From Isurus oxyrinchus (lineage: Eukaryota): a stretch of 64,000 nucleotides of DNA. Location of the stretch: positions 90,148,001-90,212,000 of the forward strand of contig JANJGN010000017.1 in NCBI GenBank assembly GCA_026770705.1. Reading direction: 5' to 3'. The notes beneath the pieces are model-generated. The model made no database searches and had not been told where the DNA came from. It was given only the letters and a program-made list of their open reading frames with translations. The first letter of the stretch is position 1; every line of letters starts with the position of its first letter. Positions 25,301-38,159 of this stretch are shown one piece after another. The position numbers were made by a program, and so were the translations under genes.

Positions 25301-27049
25301 GGCAAGTGGGGAGTATTCCATCACAGTTCTGACTTGTGCCTTGTAGATGCTGGACAGGCTTTGGAGAGTCAGGAGCTGAGATACCCACTGTAGGATTCCT
25401 AGCCTCTGATCTGCTCTTGTAGCCACAGTATTTATATGGCTAGTCCAGTTACTGATAAATGGTAACCCCCAAGATTTTGATAGTGGGGGATTCAGCGATG
25501 GCAATGCCATTGAATGTCAGGGGGCAATGGTTAGATTCTCTCTTGTTGGAGATAGTCATTGCCTGGAACTTGTGTGGCACGAATGTTACTTACCATTTGT
25601 GAGCCCAAGCTTGGGTATTGCCCAAGTCTTGCTGCATTTGGACACAGACTACTTCAGTATCTGAGGAGTCACGATTGGTGCTGGACATTGTGCAATTATC
25701 AGCGAACATCCCCACTTAGGATGGGGGGGAGGTCATATGATGAAAATGTTTGGGCCTAGGATACTACCCTGAGGAAGTCCTGCAGTGATGTTCTGGAACT
25801 GAGATGACTGACCTCCAACAACCACAACCATCTTCCTTTGTGCTGGGTATGACTCCAATCAGTGAAGAGTTTTCCCCCTGATTCCCATTTACTCCAGTTT
25901 TGTTAGGATTGCTTGATGCCACACGTGTTCAAATGTGGCTTTGATGTCAAGGGCAGTCACTCTCACCTCACCTCAGGAGTTCAGCTTTTTTGTCTATGTT
26001 TGGACCAAGGCTGTAATGAGGTCAGGAGCTGAGTGACCCTGGTGGAACCCAAACTGAGTGTCAGTGAGCAGGTTGCTTCTGAGCAAGTGCTGCTTGATAG
26101 CACTGTCAATGACACCTTCATCACTTTACAAATGATCGAGAGTCGATTAATGGGGTGGTAATTGGCCGGGTTGGGTTTGTCCTGCTTTTTGTGTACAGGA
26201 CATTCCTGGGCAATTTTCCACATAGCCGGGTGGATGCCAGTGCGGTAGCTGTACTGAGAAAGCTTGGCTAGAGGCATGGCAAGTTCTGGAGCACAAGTCT
26301 TCAGTATTACTGCCAGAATGTTGTCAAGGCCCATAGCCTTTGTAGTATCCACTTCCTTTAGCCCTTTATTGTTATCATGTGATGTGAGATGAATTAGCTG
26401 AAGCATCTGTGATGCTGGACATCGAAGGAGAAGGCTGAGCTGGATCATCCACTCAGAATCTCTGGCTGAAGTTGGTTTCAAATGCTTCATCTTTGTCTTT
26501 TGCATTCATGTGTTGAGCTCCCGCATCATTGTGGATGGGATATATGCAGAACCTCTTCCTGCTGTTAGCTTTTGATTGTCCACCACCATTCGTGACTGGA
26601 TGTAGCAGGACTGCAGAACTTTGAAGTGATCCATTGGTTGTGAGATCACTTAGCTCTCTCTATCACATGTTGCTTCTGCTGTTTGACATGCAAGTTTTCT
26701 TGTGTTGTAGCTTCACCAGATTGACACCTCATTTTTAATTATGTTTGATATGGGTCCTGCCATGCTCCCCTGCACTATTCATTGAACTGTGGTAATAGTA
26801 GAGTGAGAAATATGCCAGGTCATGAGGTTACAGATTGTGTTTGAATACAATTCTGCTGCTGCTAGGGTCCACAATACCTCATGGATGCCCAGTTTTGAAT
26901 TGCTAGATCTATTCTAAACCTATTGAATTTAGTACAGCATCCTCAATGTGAAGATGGGATTTTATTTCTGTCATCTGGGTTAGGTATATTGGTGCAGAGG
27001 CAAGTAGCTCAGGTAGGTTTTTCTCTCTTGCTGGTTCCCTCACCATCTG

Positions 27050-30000
27050 TGTTATGAGCTAGCCTATTAGTAAAGCTGAGTTATTTTAAAATCCCGGAGG
27101 GAAACTTTAAATAACTGTCATAACTTATAATTTTAAGTGGCATGTTTGAGACGCAACTCTATATTCAGGAATCAGACCAGCAACTCTATATTCAGGAATC
27201 AGTTCTCGAGAGGTTTTATATTAAATTAAATGAAACATTTTATAATTTACACAAGTTAAATATATATACACATGGCTACAAATTACTGCTATTATAACTT
27301 TTAACAAAGTCCTAAACTAATCTCCATTAAGGCAACAGTAACCCATAGACTTAACCAGACACCAGGCAAAGCATTTTCACCTTTCAAATTCAAATTACAG
27401 CTGCTTTGATCTTACATTGCCTATGCTCTGCACACACAAAACTGCTGAAGTTATACCTAGTAGCTCATTGAATGTAAATTCTTATTGTATCACCAGCATC
27501 TTTGAACCCACCTCTTCGAATAATAAAACCCTTTCATAGTACCAATATTATTAGCAATATAAACATATTACTTGGTCTCTGCTCGCTCGGTGCCAGAATT
27601 CACCCCACTTCTTGAATGCTCCATTCAAAAAATGCAAATGCATTCTACCTCTCTTACATCTCAAAACTAGTATACATCAAGGCACCCAGACTAGCTGGCT
27701 TTAATCCAGTTGAGACACACCCACAGACTAAACCTCTATTTTAAAAGAAAAATATTTTCCAAAAATATTATATACATTAATAACTTCATGACATCCCCTC
27801 CTTATCGGAAAATGAATCGTCATAATTCCAAAAGAAAGCTTCATTTTAATAACCCATCTCACACTATCTCCTATACTTATTACACTATTACATTACCAGA
27901 TGCATGCATTAACATAAACATACATATATATATATATACACACAGATTTATTTTTAAGTGTCCCATTTTCCTTTAAGCTTCAAACTCTTGCTAACGCATC
28001 TGCGAACAGATTCTCTCTTCCAGCAACATGTATAATCTGTAGATTAAATGGTTGTAATCATAGGCTTTATCCGAAAAGCCTTGCACTTTTGTCTCAAAAT
28101 TTGTCCAAAAACTTCAAAGGACGCTGGCCTGTATAAACAATTGCTTCTGATGAATTGCCTGCAACATACGTTTCAAAATGCTGCAACGCTAACACCAAAC
28201 AAAGTCTCTTTTTCGATTGTTGAATATCCTCTCTGTTGTACACTCAGCTTCTGAGAAAAATACACTATCGGTTTTTCAATTCCAGCATTATCTTCTTGCA
28301 ACAGTACAGCCCCAATGTCTATATCGCTTCCGTCAACAGCCAACTTGAATTGCTTGGCATAATTGCGTTCTGCCAAAACTGGTGTCATAGTTAATGCAGT
28401 TTTCAAACTATCGAATAACTTCTGACACTCCTGTGTTCATTGAAACATCTTGTTCTTTTTTAATAGTTCACTCAGTGGAGCAACCACACAGCTAAAATTT
28501 GGTACAAATTTCCAGTAAAACCCACTCATGCCCCAAAATTTCTCATTTTGTTGTAGGCACTGGGAAATCCACAATAGCCCTGACTTTCGCATCTCTTGGG
28601 GCCACCTTGCCACATCCAGTGGTATGGCCTAGATACATAACTTATGCTTTTGCAAATTCACTTTTAGCCAAGTTCATCAAATCAGCCTTCTTGTAGTCAA
28701 GTAAATAATTCTTCCAAATGCTGCAAATGCTCCTCCCAAGTCTGATTGAAAACGATTAGATTGTCAATATAAACAGCACAATTGCTTATGCCTGCAATTA
28801 CTTTGTTTGTCAGTCTTTGAAATGTCTCAGGTGCATTCTTCATAGCAAATGGCATGACTTTGAACTGATATGGTCCACTTGGCATTACAAAAGCTGATTT
28901 CTCCTTTGCTCTTTCCGACAATGGTACCTGCCAATATCCTTTTCGCAAGTCAACCTTTGTGATAAATTTTGATTGTCCCACTTTCTCAATGCAATCTTCC
29001 ATTCGTGTTATAGGATATGAATCCGCTTTTGTCACCACATTCACCTTTCAATAGTCCACACACAGTCTTTGTGTTCCATCCGGTTATGGTACCAGTACAC
29101 TAGGCGAACTCCTATTACTGCAACTAGACTCAATGATTTTGAAGCATGCAATCAATTTCTTTTTGTACTTGTGATAACTTTGCTGGATTTAATCTATAAG
29201 GTTGTTGAAGATGATATTTCTATGCATACATCATGTAAAGCTAAATTTGTCTTTCCCAGCTTATTTCCACAAGTAGGCTTGCGTGACTACAATAGCTTTT
29301 CCAAATCATTTTGACAAAAGGTGTTTGAAAGGTAACTCAGAATTCCATTTAACTTTTCAAGCACCCCCTCATTATTCAATTTGGTGAGAGGAAATCAATT
29401 TCAGAATCCTGCACTTCTACCTCTTTCTCATCATCCACCATCACCAACACCTCTTTTTGTTCCTCTTACCTGTCAAAGCACTTTTTAAGCATATTTACAT
29501 GACACACCCTCTGATTCTTTCTTCTATCTGGAGTATTTATTAAATAACTCACTTCACTCAACTTCTTTTCAATCCTGTAAGGCCCACTAAATCTTGCATC
29601 TAATGAATCACCTAGTACTGATATCAAAACCAGTACTTTCTACCCAGAAACAAAACTGTGAGTTGTAGCTTTCCTGTCTGCTTTCACTTCCATCACTCCA
29701 GCTTTCATTTGCTGAGACATGATCCAACCTCCATTTTCTCATCAAAATCCATCACTTGCTGTGATATCTTTAAATGTTCCCTAGCCAACTCTGTTCAATC
29801 TTTCCCTGAAATTTGATACGTAATCCAGGAGAGTAATTTCTGAACCTTGATCCACCAATTTCTTATGAATCAACTTCAGTGGTCCCCTTACCTCATGACC
29901 ATAAACTAGTTCAAAAGGGCTAAAACCAGTTGATGCATTAGGAGCATCTCTAATAGCAAAAAACAAAAATGGAATTCCTGTACCCCAATCCTGTGCATAT

Positions 30001-32837
30001 TCCTGACTGTGTGCTCTTATCATAGTTTTTAAAGTTTGATGCCATCTTTCCAAAGCTCTTTGTGACTCTGGATGATAAGCTGTTGACTTGAACTGTTTTA
30101 TTCCCAAACTGTTCATTACTTCCTTAAACAGTTGTGACATGAAATTTGACCCCTGATCTAATTATATTTCCTTAGGTAAACCATATCTTGTAAAAAAATA
30201 ATTAACTCCTCCACAGTCTTCTAAGTTGTAATATTTCTTAAAATTATCACTTCAGGAAACCTGGTAGACATATCCATTATCGTCAATAAACACTGATTTC
30301 CAATTTAGTCTTAGGGAGGCGTCCTACACAATAAATCATGAACCCGGTAAAAGGTTCTTCAACTGCTGGTATTGGGATTAAAGGTGCCAGCTTAATTACT
30401 GTTTGTGGTTTTCCTGTTATTTGACATGTATGACAGGTTCTACAAAAATTGATGACATCCCTATGCAATCCTGGCCAAAAAATAATACCTTTGAATCTTT
30501 GCCTGTGTTTTCCTAATTCCTAAATGTCCCCCCATTGGAATTTCATGAGCAATCCTCAGAATCTCATTTCAATACCCTTATGGAATAACAATCTGCTGCA
30601 CCTCCCTCCAGCTTTCATTTGCTGAGACATGATCCAACCTCCATTTTCTCATCAAAATGCCTTCCTGAAGATAATAACATACTGGAATACATTTTGCTTC
30701 TGTTTCTCAATAAGCTTTCTGATATAACTGTTTTAATTGCAAATCATTTTTCTGTTTCCCCACTAACCTCTTTGAGTTAAACATTTCAGCTAAATTGTCC
30801 TGTATTCCTTCCTCTTGAACAGTGCTATCAAATACAGTGCCAGCTAATTGGATTTCAACACCTTTTGCTTGGCTTTGAATGACCTGCTTATCTTGTTTAT
30901 CTTGTTCTTCCCGATGAGCCTTGATCTCATTATAACACAATCAGGAAACAATCCAGGATGTTTCTCCTGTAACATCTCTGTTGAAAACACTTCTTTAGGC
31001 TGCTCAACTACCATTGGCATCACCCATATTTGCAATCCAGCTAAATCATTACCCAGAATAAATTGAACCCCTGTGATGGGAAATTTTTCCACCATTTCAA
31101 CTATAACTTCACCTGACTTGCATTTGCTCTTTAAATTTACTTTCCATGACAGAATAGATTTAGCATCTCCATGAACCCCACTTATTATCTTCTGCAATAC
31201 TCCCTTTGAACAACAAATATCACTGTCCCACAACACTAAGGATTGATTAGCCCCTGTGTCTATTAAAATTTTAACATCTTCACCTACTCCACACAGAAAG
31301 ATTTTCCCTTCACACACAAAGTCTTTAAACATTTCTGCGACCTGCTTTTCAGAATTCTCTTGAGTAAACTGTGAGCACATTCTCACTTCTTTACCTGTCA
31401 CTGACTCTCCCTGTTTCACTTGTACACAAACCACTGGTTTCTCCTGTGCCTGAACCTCAGAACCCACAGTACTTTTACTTCCAGAGCTTTTCTGTACCCC
31501 AACAATTACCATAGATTTTTTCTGCAATCTCCAACACACTGACTTTGTGTGAACCTTTATTACAATGAAAACACCTCAATTTTCAAAAGTCACTTCTAAT
31601 TTCAGCACCTTCCTTTTTATTCTGAGAAAAAGCTTCCTGGGAACTCCTTCTCTTCCCTGACTACCTTCCTTCCTTTCACATTCCCACTTTTTATTCTTTT
31701 CCAATGCGAAAGGGTGAAGAAGAAAAGGTGAACTAACTCATAATCATCAGCTGTCTCTGCTGCTTGTCTTACAGAATCAACGCTCTGTGCCTCCACATGA
31801 GTTCTCACTACCGAAGGGATTGAATCTTTAACTTCTCCCAAAAGAATCACTTCCTTAAGAGCTGCATAGGTTGCTTCTATTTTTAACACCCGTATCCACT
31901 GGTCAAAATTACTCTGTTTTACTCTTTAAAACTGAACATATGTTTGCCCAGGCTGTTTTCTGGTATTCCTAAATTTCTGTCTGTATGCTTCAGGAACCAA
32001 CTTATAAGCACTCAAATTCAAAGTGCTTCTCGTACTCGTAACTTTAAGATTCACCAGTTCCAAACCAATCAAGGAATTAGAATATTTTTACCCCGGACGA
32101 GTCTTGAATTGTTATGAGATAGCTTTTTGGTAAAGCTGAGTTATTTAAAAATCTTAGAGGGAAACTTTAAACAACTGATATAACCTATACTTTAAGTGGT
32201 GTGTTTGGGATGCAACTCTAAATTCAGGAATCAGACCACCAGTTCTTGAGAGGTTTTATATTAAATTAAATGAAACATGTTATTAATTTACACAAGTTAA
32301 ATATATATACATGGCTACAAATTATTACTATCATAACTTTTAACAAATTCCTAAACTAATCTCCATCAAGGCAACAGTAACCCATAGATTTTTAAGCAGA
32401 CACCAGGCAAAGCATTTTCACCTTTCAAATTCAAATTACAGCTGCTTTGATCTTACATTGCCTTTGCTCTGCACACACAAAACTGCTGAAGTTATATCTG
32501 GTACAGCTCATTGAATGTAAATTCTCATTGTATCACCAGCCTCTTTGAACTCACCTCTTCTAATAATAAAACCCCTTTCATAGCACCAATTTTATTAGCA
32601 ATATAAACATATTGCTTGGTCTTTGCTAGATAGGTGCCAGATTTCACCCCACTTCTTGAATGGTCTATTCAAAAAATGCAAATGCACTCTACCTCTCTTA
32701 CATCTCAAAACTAATACACATTAATGCACCCAGGCTAGCTGGCTTTAATCCAGTTGAAACACACCCATGGACTAAACCTCTATTTTAATAGAAAAATATT
32801 TTCCAATAACACTATATGCATTAATAGCTTCATGACA
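27050..32837 (-). mobile_element. Gmr1-type Ty3/gypsy LTR retrotransposon (decayed) with two LTRs
   Basis: LTRs 27050-27793 and 32110-32837 (TG...CA); PPT aaggagggga; degenerate tRNA-Pro PBS (ctcgtccggg); SCAN-like gag 31617-31889; protease LIDTGA; integrase HHCC/core 29781-30560; RT 28697-29044 (KGYWQVP, VYIDN); RNase H 28173-28406; degenerate 5-bp TSD atctg/acatg. Confidence 0.93.
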
Positions 32838-33809
32838 ACATGCTACAGGCCCAGTTTAGCAGCTATGTCCTTCAAGACCTGGCCAGCTCAGTCAGTAGTG
32901 GTGCTAATGAGCCACTCTTGGTGATGGACATGGAGTTCCCCCAGCCAGTGTACATTCCTTGCCCTTGCCACCCTCAATGCTTCCTCCAAGTGATGTTCAA
33001 CATGGAGGAGTACTGATTCATCAGTTGAGGGGGTGGGGAGGGGGGGGGGGCGTGCTAGTAGGTCATAATCAACAGGAGGTTTCTTTTCCCTTGTTGGATC
33101 TGATGCAATGAGACTTCATGGGGTCCGGAGTCAATATTGAGGATACTGAGAGCAACTCCTTCCCGAATGTATAGCACTGTGCCACCACCTCTGCTGGGCC
33201 TGTCCAGCCGGTGGGATGGGACATATCCAGGGATGGGGATGGTGGTGTCTGGGACATTGTCTGTAAGGTATGTTTCTGTGAGCATGATGATGTCAGGCTG
33301 TTGTTTAACTAGTCTGTGGGACACCTCTCCCAATTTTGACATAAGTCCCCAGATGTTAGTAAGGAGGATTTTGCAGGGTTCACAGGGTTGGGTGTGCCAT
33401 TGTCATTCCTGACTGCCGAGGTTAATGACAGGTTATCCGTCCAGTTTCCTTCCTTTTTTGACGATTTGGTGCAACTCAATGGCTTACTGGGCCGTTTCAG
33501 AGGGCAGATAGAAGCCAACCACATTGTTATGGGTGTAGAATCACATGTAGGCCAGACCTGGTAAGAACAGAAGATTTCCTTCTCTAAAGGGCATGAGTGA
33601 ACTAATGGGTTTTTACAGCAATTCACATTTCATGGCATCATTACTGAGATGACCTTTCAATCTCAGAATTATTAATTCATAGCATTTCAATTCTCTCATT
33701 GTTGTGCTGGGATTTTAACCCATATATCCAGAGTCTGGACCTCTGGATTACTAGTCCAGTGACATTATCACTGTACCGCCAGTGCCTCAGTGTAATCTGA
33801 CATCCATGT

Positions 33810-34150
33810 TGTTTTGGGAGAGAGAGAGATTACAATTTCTGCCAGCCTTGTGTGATTACATGCTTCTTGACATTGCCCCTGAACAACCTATCTCCAATTT
33901 TAAAGTTAGGTCCCTTTGTTCAGGAATCCACCCATCAGAGTGTACAGCTTCTCTCTGTCCACCCTACTGAATCCCTTTATCATTTTAAACACCTCAATTA
34001 GATCACCGCTTTAGCTTTTAAACTCGGGGAATACAAGCCAAATTTATGCAACCTGTCCTCATAATTTAACCCCCTGAACTTTGCCATCATTGTGGACCTA
34101 CACTGCATTCTCCAAGGCTAGTATATCCTTGGTGTAGTACCCAGGAGTGA
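33810..34150 (-). mobile_element. Old CR1 3' fragment
   Basis: Similar to 59040-59400 (caacctgtcctcataat...). Confidence 0.6.
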
Positions 34151-34368
34151 ACACAGTGTTTAGAACCAAAGGAGGAGGGATTAGGAAGAGAGGATTGAAG
34201 GTTTAATGGATCAGGTAGCTTTTATAGAGGGTTTTAAAGGAAGAGAGTGAGGCAGATATGTATAAGAGAGGGAATTCCAGAGGTCAAAACAACTGAAGGC
34301 ACAGTTAGCAATGATGGGGTGAAGGGAAGGTAGGGTGGTTGCACAGAGTCAGAGAAATGTTGCACAGA

Positions 34369-34465
34369 AACAAAAACAAAAATAGCTGGAAAAACTCAGC
34401 AGGTCTGACAGCATCTGCAGAGAGGAATACAGTTAACGTTTCGAGTCCGTATGATATTTCATCAT
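34369..34465 (-). mobile_element. 97-bp PLE pLTR insertion truncated at the hammerhead core, 14-bp TSD, inside an L2 remnant (~34160-34540)
   Basis: TSD aaatgtt(g/a)cacaga at 34355-34368 and 34466-34479; minus strand reads TGATGA...tcatacggactcGAAAcgTTaact. Confidence 0.85.
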
Positions 34466-36249
34466 AAATGTTACACAGAGTTCAGGGAATTATAGGAGTT
34501 CAAGAGATAAAGAGGAAACTAGGACAACTGTTTTAAATTGAGGGAATGAAATAGGCACCATTGGATACAATATTCACAACTCACACAGCTCGGTAATGGC
34601 ATTAAAATGGTGAGTTGTGTCATGTCTTTCAAGACAAACAGCACTGGGCATCCTTAGATTATAATTTGTATATTAAAGTGGTGTTTGCAATTAAAATGCT
34701 TGAACAAGAGACTGTGTCATTAACAGATTAATTAACATGCTTTTACTGCAGTACGACAATTCACTATCAGTGTTGCAGTGACAGAGAACACTAATAAGAT
34801 GATCAAAACTGGGACAATTGTCTCTTTAATTAAGCACCTTGTCTTCGAAAGCTGCAGCGCATTACTGTGGTCATTTTATCAGGGAGAACTGTCGGATTAA
34901 TCAATAGGCAGTTTTCCTACCATCTCTGTAGTAATGGAACCTTGCGTCCTGTTCAGGTTGAACTAAGTGTGACTTGATTTCATGCAAAAAACTTACTTTG
35001 ATACAGTGGAAATGAGAGATTCAGATTAGCTCTTGTGTTCATGGATTAGAGAGAGCATAAAGCAAGCACAGCCCACATGTAAACACCCGTAACTTACGTC
35101 TACCCACGACAAAGGCCATATTTCCCATGTTACCTGTGCCCATGAACAGACACCAGTACCCACCAGTAGCCACTATTGTCAAAGCTCATCCCTCCAGTTC
35201 CCCATTAATGCCAATGGTGCCTATTTTATTCCCCCAATTTAAAATGGTTGTCCTCGTGTCCATTGCCCATATCTCTCATTTGCCAACTTTCCTGAGCTTC
35301 CTATTATCTTTGATAATACATGGTCCTGGTTATATCTTGTTTCATGTTCTTAATCTAAACAGTGGCCCAGTTTAAACTCTAGTCTGGACCAGCCTTAACA
35401 TGCAACATCAGCTTGAAACTTACATACCGTTCTGCTAACATGGTCTCATCAACCAATCACAACGAGGAATCAACAGCGGTCATGGAGAGCACTTATTTGA
35501 CTTCGCAACAGAAATGGATGGGGTCACATGGGGTCTTGAAAAGAAAAGGCACAAAGCTGAACACAGAGAACGTCACCAAATGATGTAGAGTGTACGAGTG
35601 CACATTATCAGATTTATTTGCTGCAGTGGATCAGTCATTTTTCAAAGCCTTTAGCTGTTTAGCTGCCGATTAACAGAGAGGAGTATCAGTGAACAAGCGA
35701 CATCCATCTCCTATTAGTGTTCCTCTGATGTATGAAGCATTAATTAAGGGGCCTCAGCAGTACCAGCAGTGAACTTTCAAAGTATTGAAGTGGCATTGAT
35801 GATTGAGCAGACCGAATCTAGCCAACCCTCTTTGGAAGAATCCTGCTTCCTGCTGGCCCCTTGACTAATGAAACGATGAAAGAGAAAGGAGAGGCCAGCA
35901 GCTGAGTTCAACTGAGCGCTCATAGACAGGGACTAATTAAGATACTCTTGTAAGTATGATTAATAAGCACAAACTTGGAGGGTGTGCAATAAACAAGGAC
36001 TAACCAGCTGGCACTGTGTTTTCTTTAGAACACAAAGATTTTGTTTTAGAAGAAAAGATACATACAGGGTTTCCGTTCCCTTTACAGAATTCTTATTCTC
36101 TCCTTAGATCAAAAGAACATGTTAGAATTCCAACTTCCCGATCAATCAGATGCCTTTCGACTGTAAGCTTCATTGACAGCATGTGCCTCTGTCCTTGTCC
36201 TTCCGATGGTGCAGGTCGTGGGTTTGGAAGATGCTGCCACAGACTCACA

Positions 36250-36692
36250 GCAGACACTCTCACCTAAATCAGAAGGTTATGGATTCAAGTTCCACCCCAG
36301 ACTCTTGAGCATAAAATCTAGGTCAACACTCCCAATGCAACACTGAGGGACAGCTGCATTGCCAGAGGTGCCATCTTTCACATTGAACGTTAAAGTGAGG
36401 GTGTACCTGCCCTTTCAAGTGGATGTAAAAGATCACAGGAGAAAAACAAGTGAGTTAGTGACCCCCCCAGTATCCTGGCCAATATTTATCTGTCAACCAA
36501 CACGACTCAAGCTGATTATCTTGTCATTATCTCACTGATGTTTGTGGGAGCTTGCTGAGCGTAAATTGGCTGCCATGTTTTTTACTTTATAAAAGTGACT
36601 ATACTTCACAAACGCTTCATTGACTGTGAAGCCCTTTGGGACATCCTGAGGTTGTGAAGTGTGCTGTAGAAATACAGGTTCCTTCTTTCTTT
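36250..36692 (+). mobile_element. DeuSINE
   Basis: Collinear with 4262-4695. Confidence 0.8.
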
Positions 36693-38159
36693 CTAACCAG
36701 AGTGCAATGGATGATGCTGGAATCTTCTAATCTCATCGGGGATCTTCCTGTCCCGAGCACCTTTCTAATCTAGCTGCACGACGGCTTGCAGTTTAGGCGG
36801 GACAGAATACTACTAAACATTTGCAGATCTGCTAACAGATCAAGAATTAAATATCCCTTCCTCATTTTTTCTTCCAGCATATACGTCAGTAGAAAACAGG
36901 CTCATCACCCAATTAATTTCTTCCTGATGTGCTTGCATTTGTCTCAATGGCCCTGCGTAACATTCATTTGCAGAAATGTTATTGTAAGCACTAATTAAAC
37001 TCAAATCGTTACTCATCCTAATTAGATGAGACGGTAGAAACATTCCTTCTAGTCCTTTCATGTAAGGGCGCAAGCAAGCTAAGAAATAAGTTGGCTACAA
37101 GGCATACTAATCAGGAAAGAGAGTGGATGGGTTTGTTGGAGATTCATTCAATCAAGCAGGGTAGATGGCTGCGGAAAAATAATACATTTGGAAATTAATG
37201 TTTGGGACACAGTACACGAATAATTTGAGATGTGACAAGTGATGAACATAGTGTGCTTGGGGGAACAGGTAATTTTGGACCTCTGCTTCCCAAACTCTCC
37301 ACCACTGAGGGTTTTGCTCACTTCATGCCTGGGTTTGTTGTGGACTAATTGAGGGAGCACTATTACACCCGCAACTCACATCATGTGCGCAATTCAACCT
37401 ACACAGCCACATTCTGCAATGATGTAGCTAGCAGGAGAGGTGGTATATAATACCGAACAAGAGATTGTCAGTGCAAGAGGACCACAACACTGAGGCACCC
37501 AGTTCCACATAAGGGGTTGAATGGAGACTGTGGCCACTGGAGGAGACAGGGTTTCTTTACACCTAAACTTCCTTCTCTCCTCTTCCTCGCCCCACAAAGT
37601 CTGCATGACTATCTGCAGATCCAACACTCACATCTTCCATCTTCCATCTTGCTCCCCGTCACACCACAAGCTTACCTTTAACATTTACTCTTACCAGCAA
37701 AGTGGCAGCAGTGTACACCATCTCCAAGATGCACTTCAGCAACTTGCAAAGGCTTCTTTGGTAGCACCTTCCGACCCTGCAACCTCTATTACCTTGGGGC
37801 AGAACATCATTACCTGAAAAATGCCCTCCAATTAACATATCATCCTGATTTGGAAATATATCACAGAATTTTAATGGCACAGTAAGAGGCCATTCAGCCC
37901 ATTGTGAATATTCCCATTCCTTTATAATTGTTGAAACTCCCTAACTACTAGCACTGTGGGAGGAATGAATGTGGGAATGTTGGAGAATGGGAGTTCTGAC
38001 TTCGTCGTAGTCATGATAAATGGGTTTCGGAAATGAGGTGGCTCTCTTGGTCATTGTCTTCCCTCCTTCTCTCGGCTCTTCATCTTTCTCCATATCCCTC
38101 TTCTCCCACTTTGCCCTGCTCTATGGTACACACCTTGCTGCTTGGGCTGTATTCATATA

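Larger units (their letters stand above)
16915..33780 (-). mobile_element. Near full-length CR1/L2-group LINE in three pieces (16915-17108, 25035-27049, 32838-33780), split by Harbinger and LTR insertions
   Basis: Pieces are collinear with the + copy at 43650-47312; APE ORF 33055-33342 (KQQPDIIMLTETYL); RT fragments 25298-26505. Confidence 0.85.
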
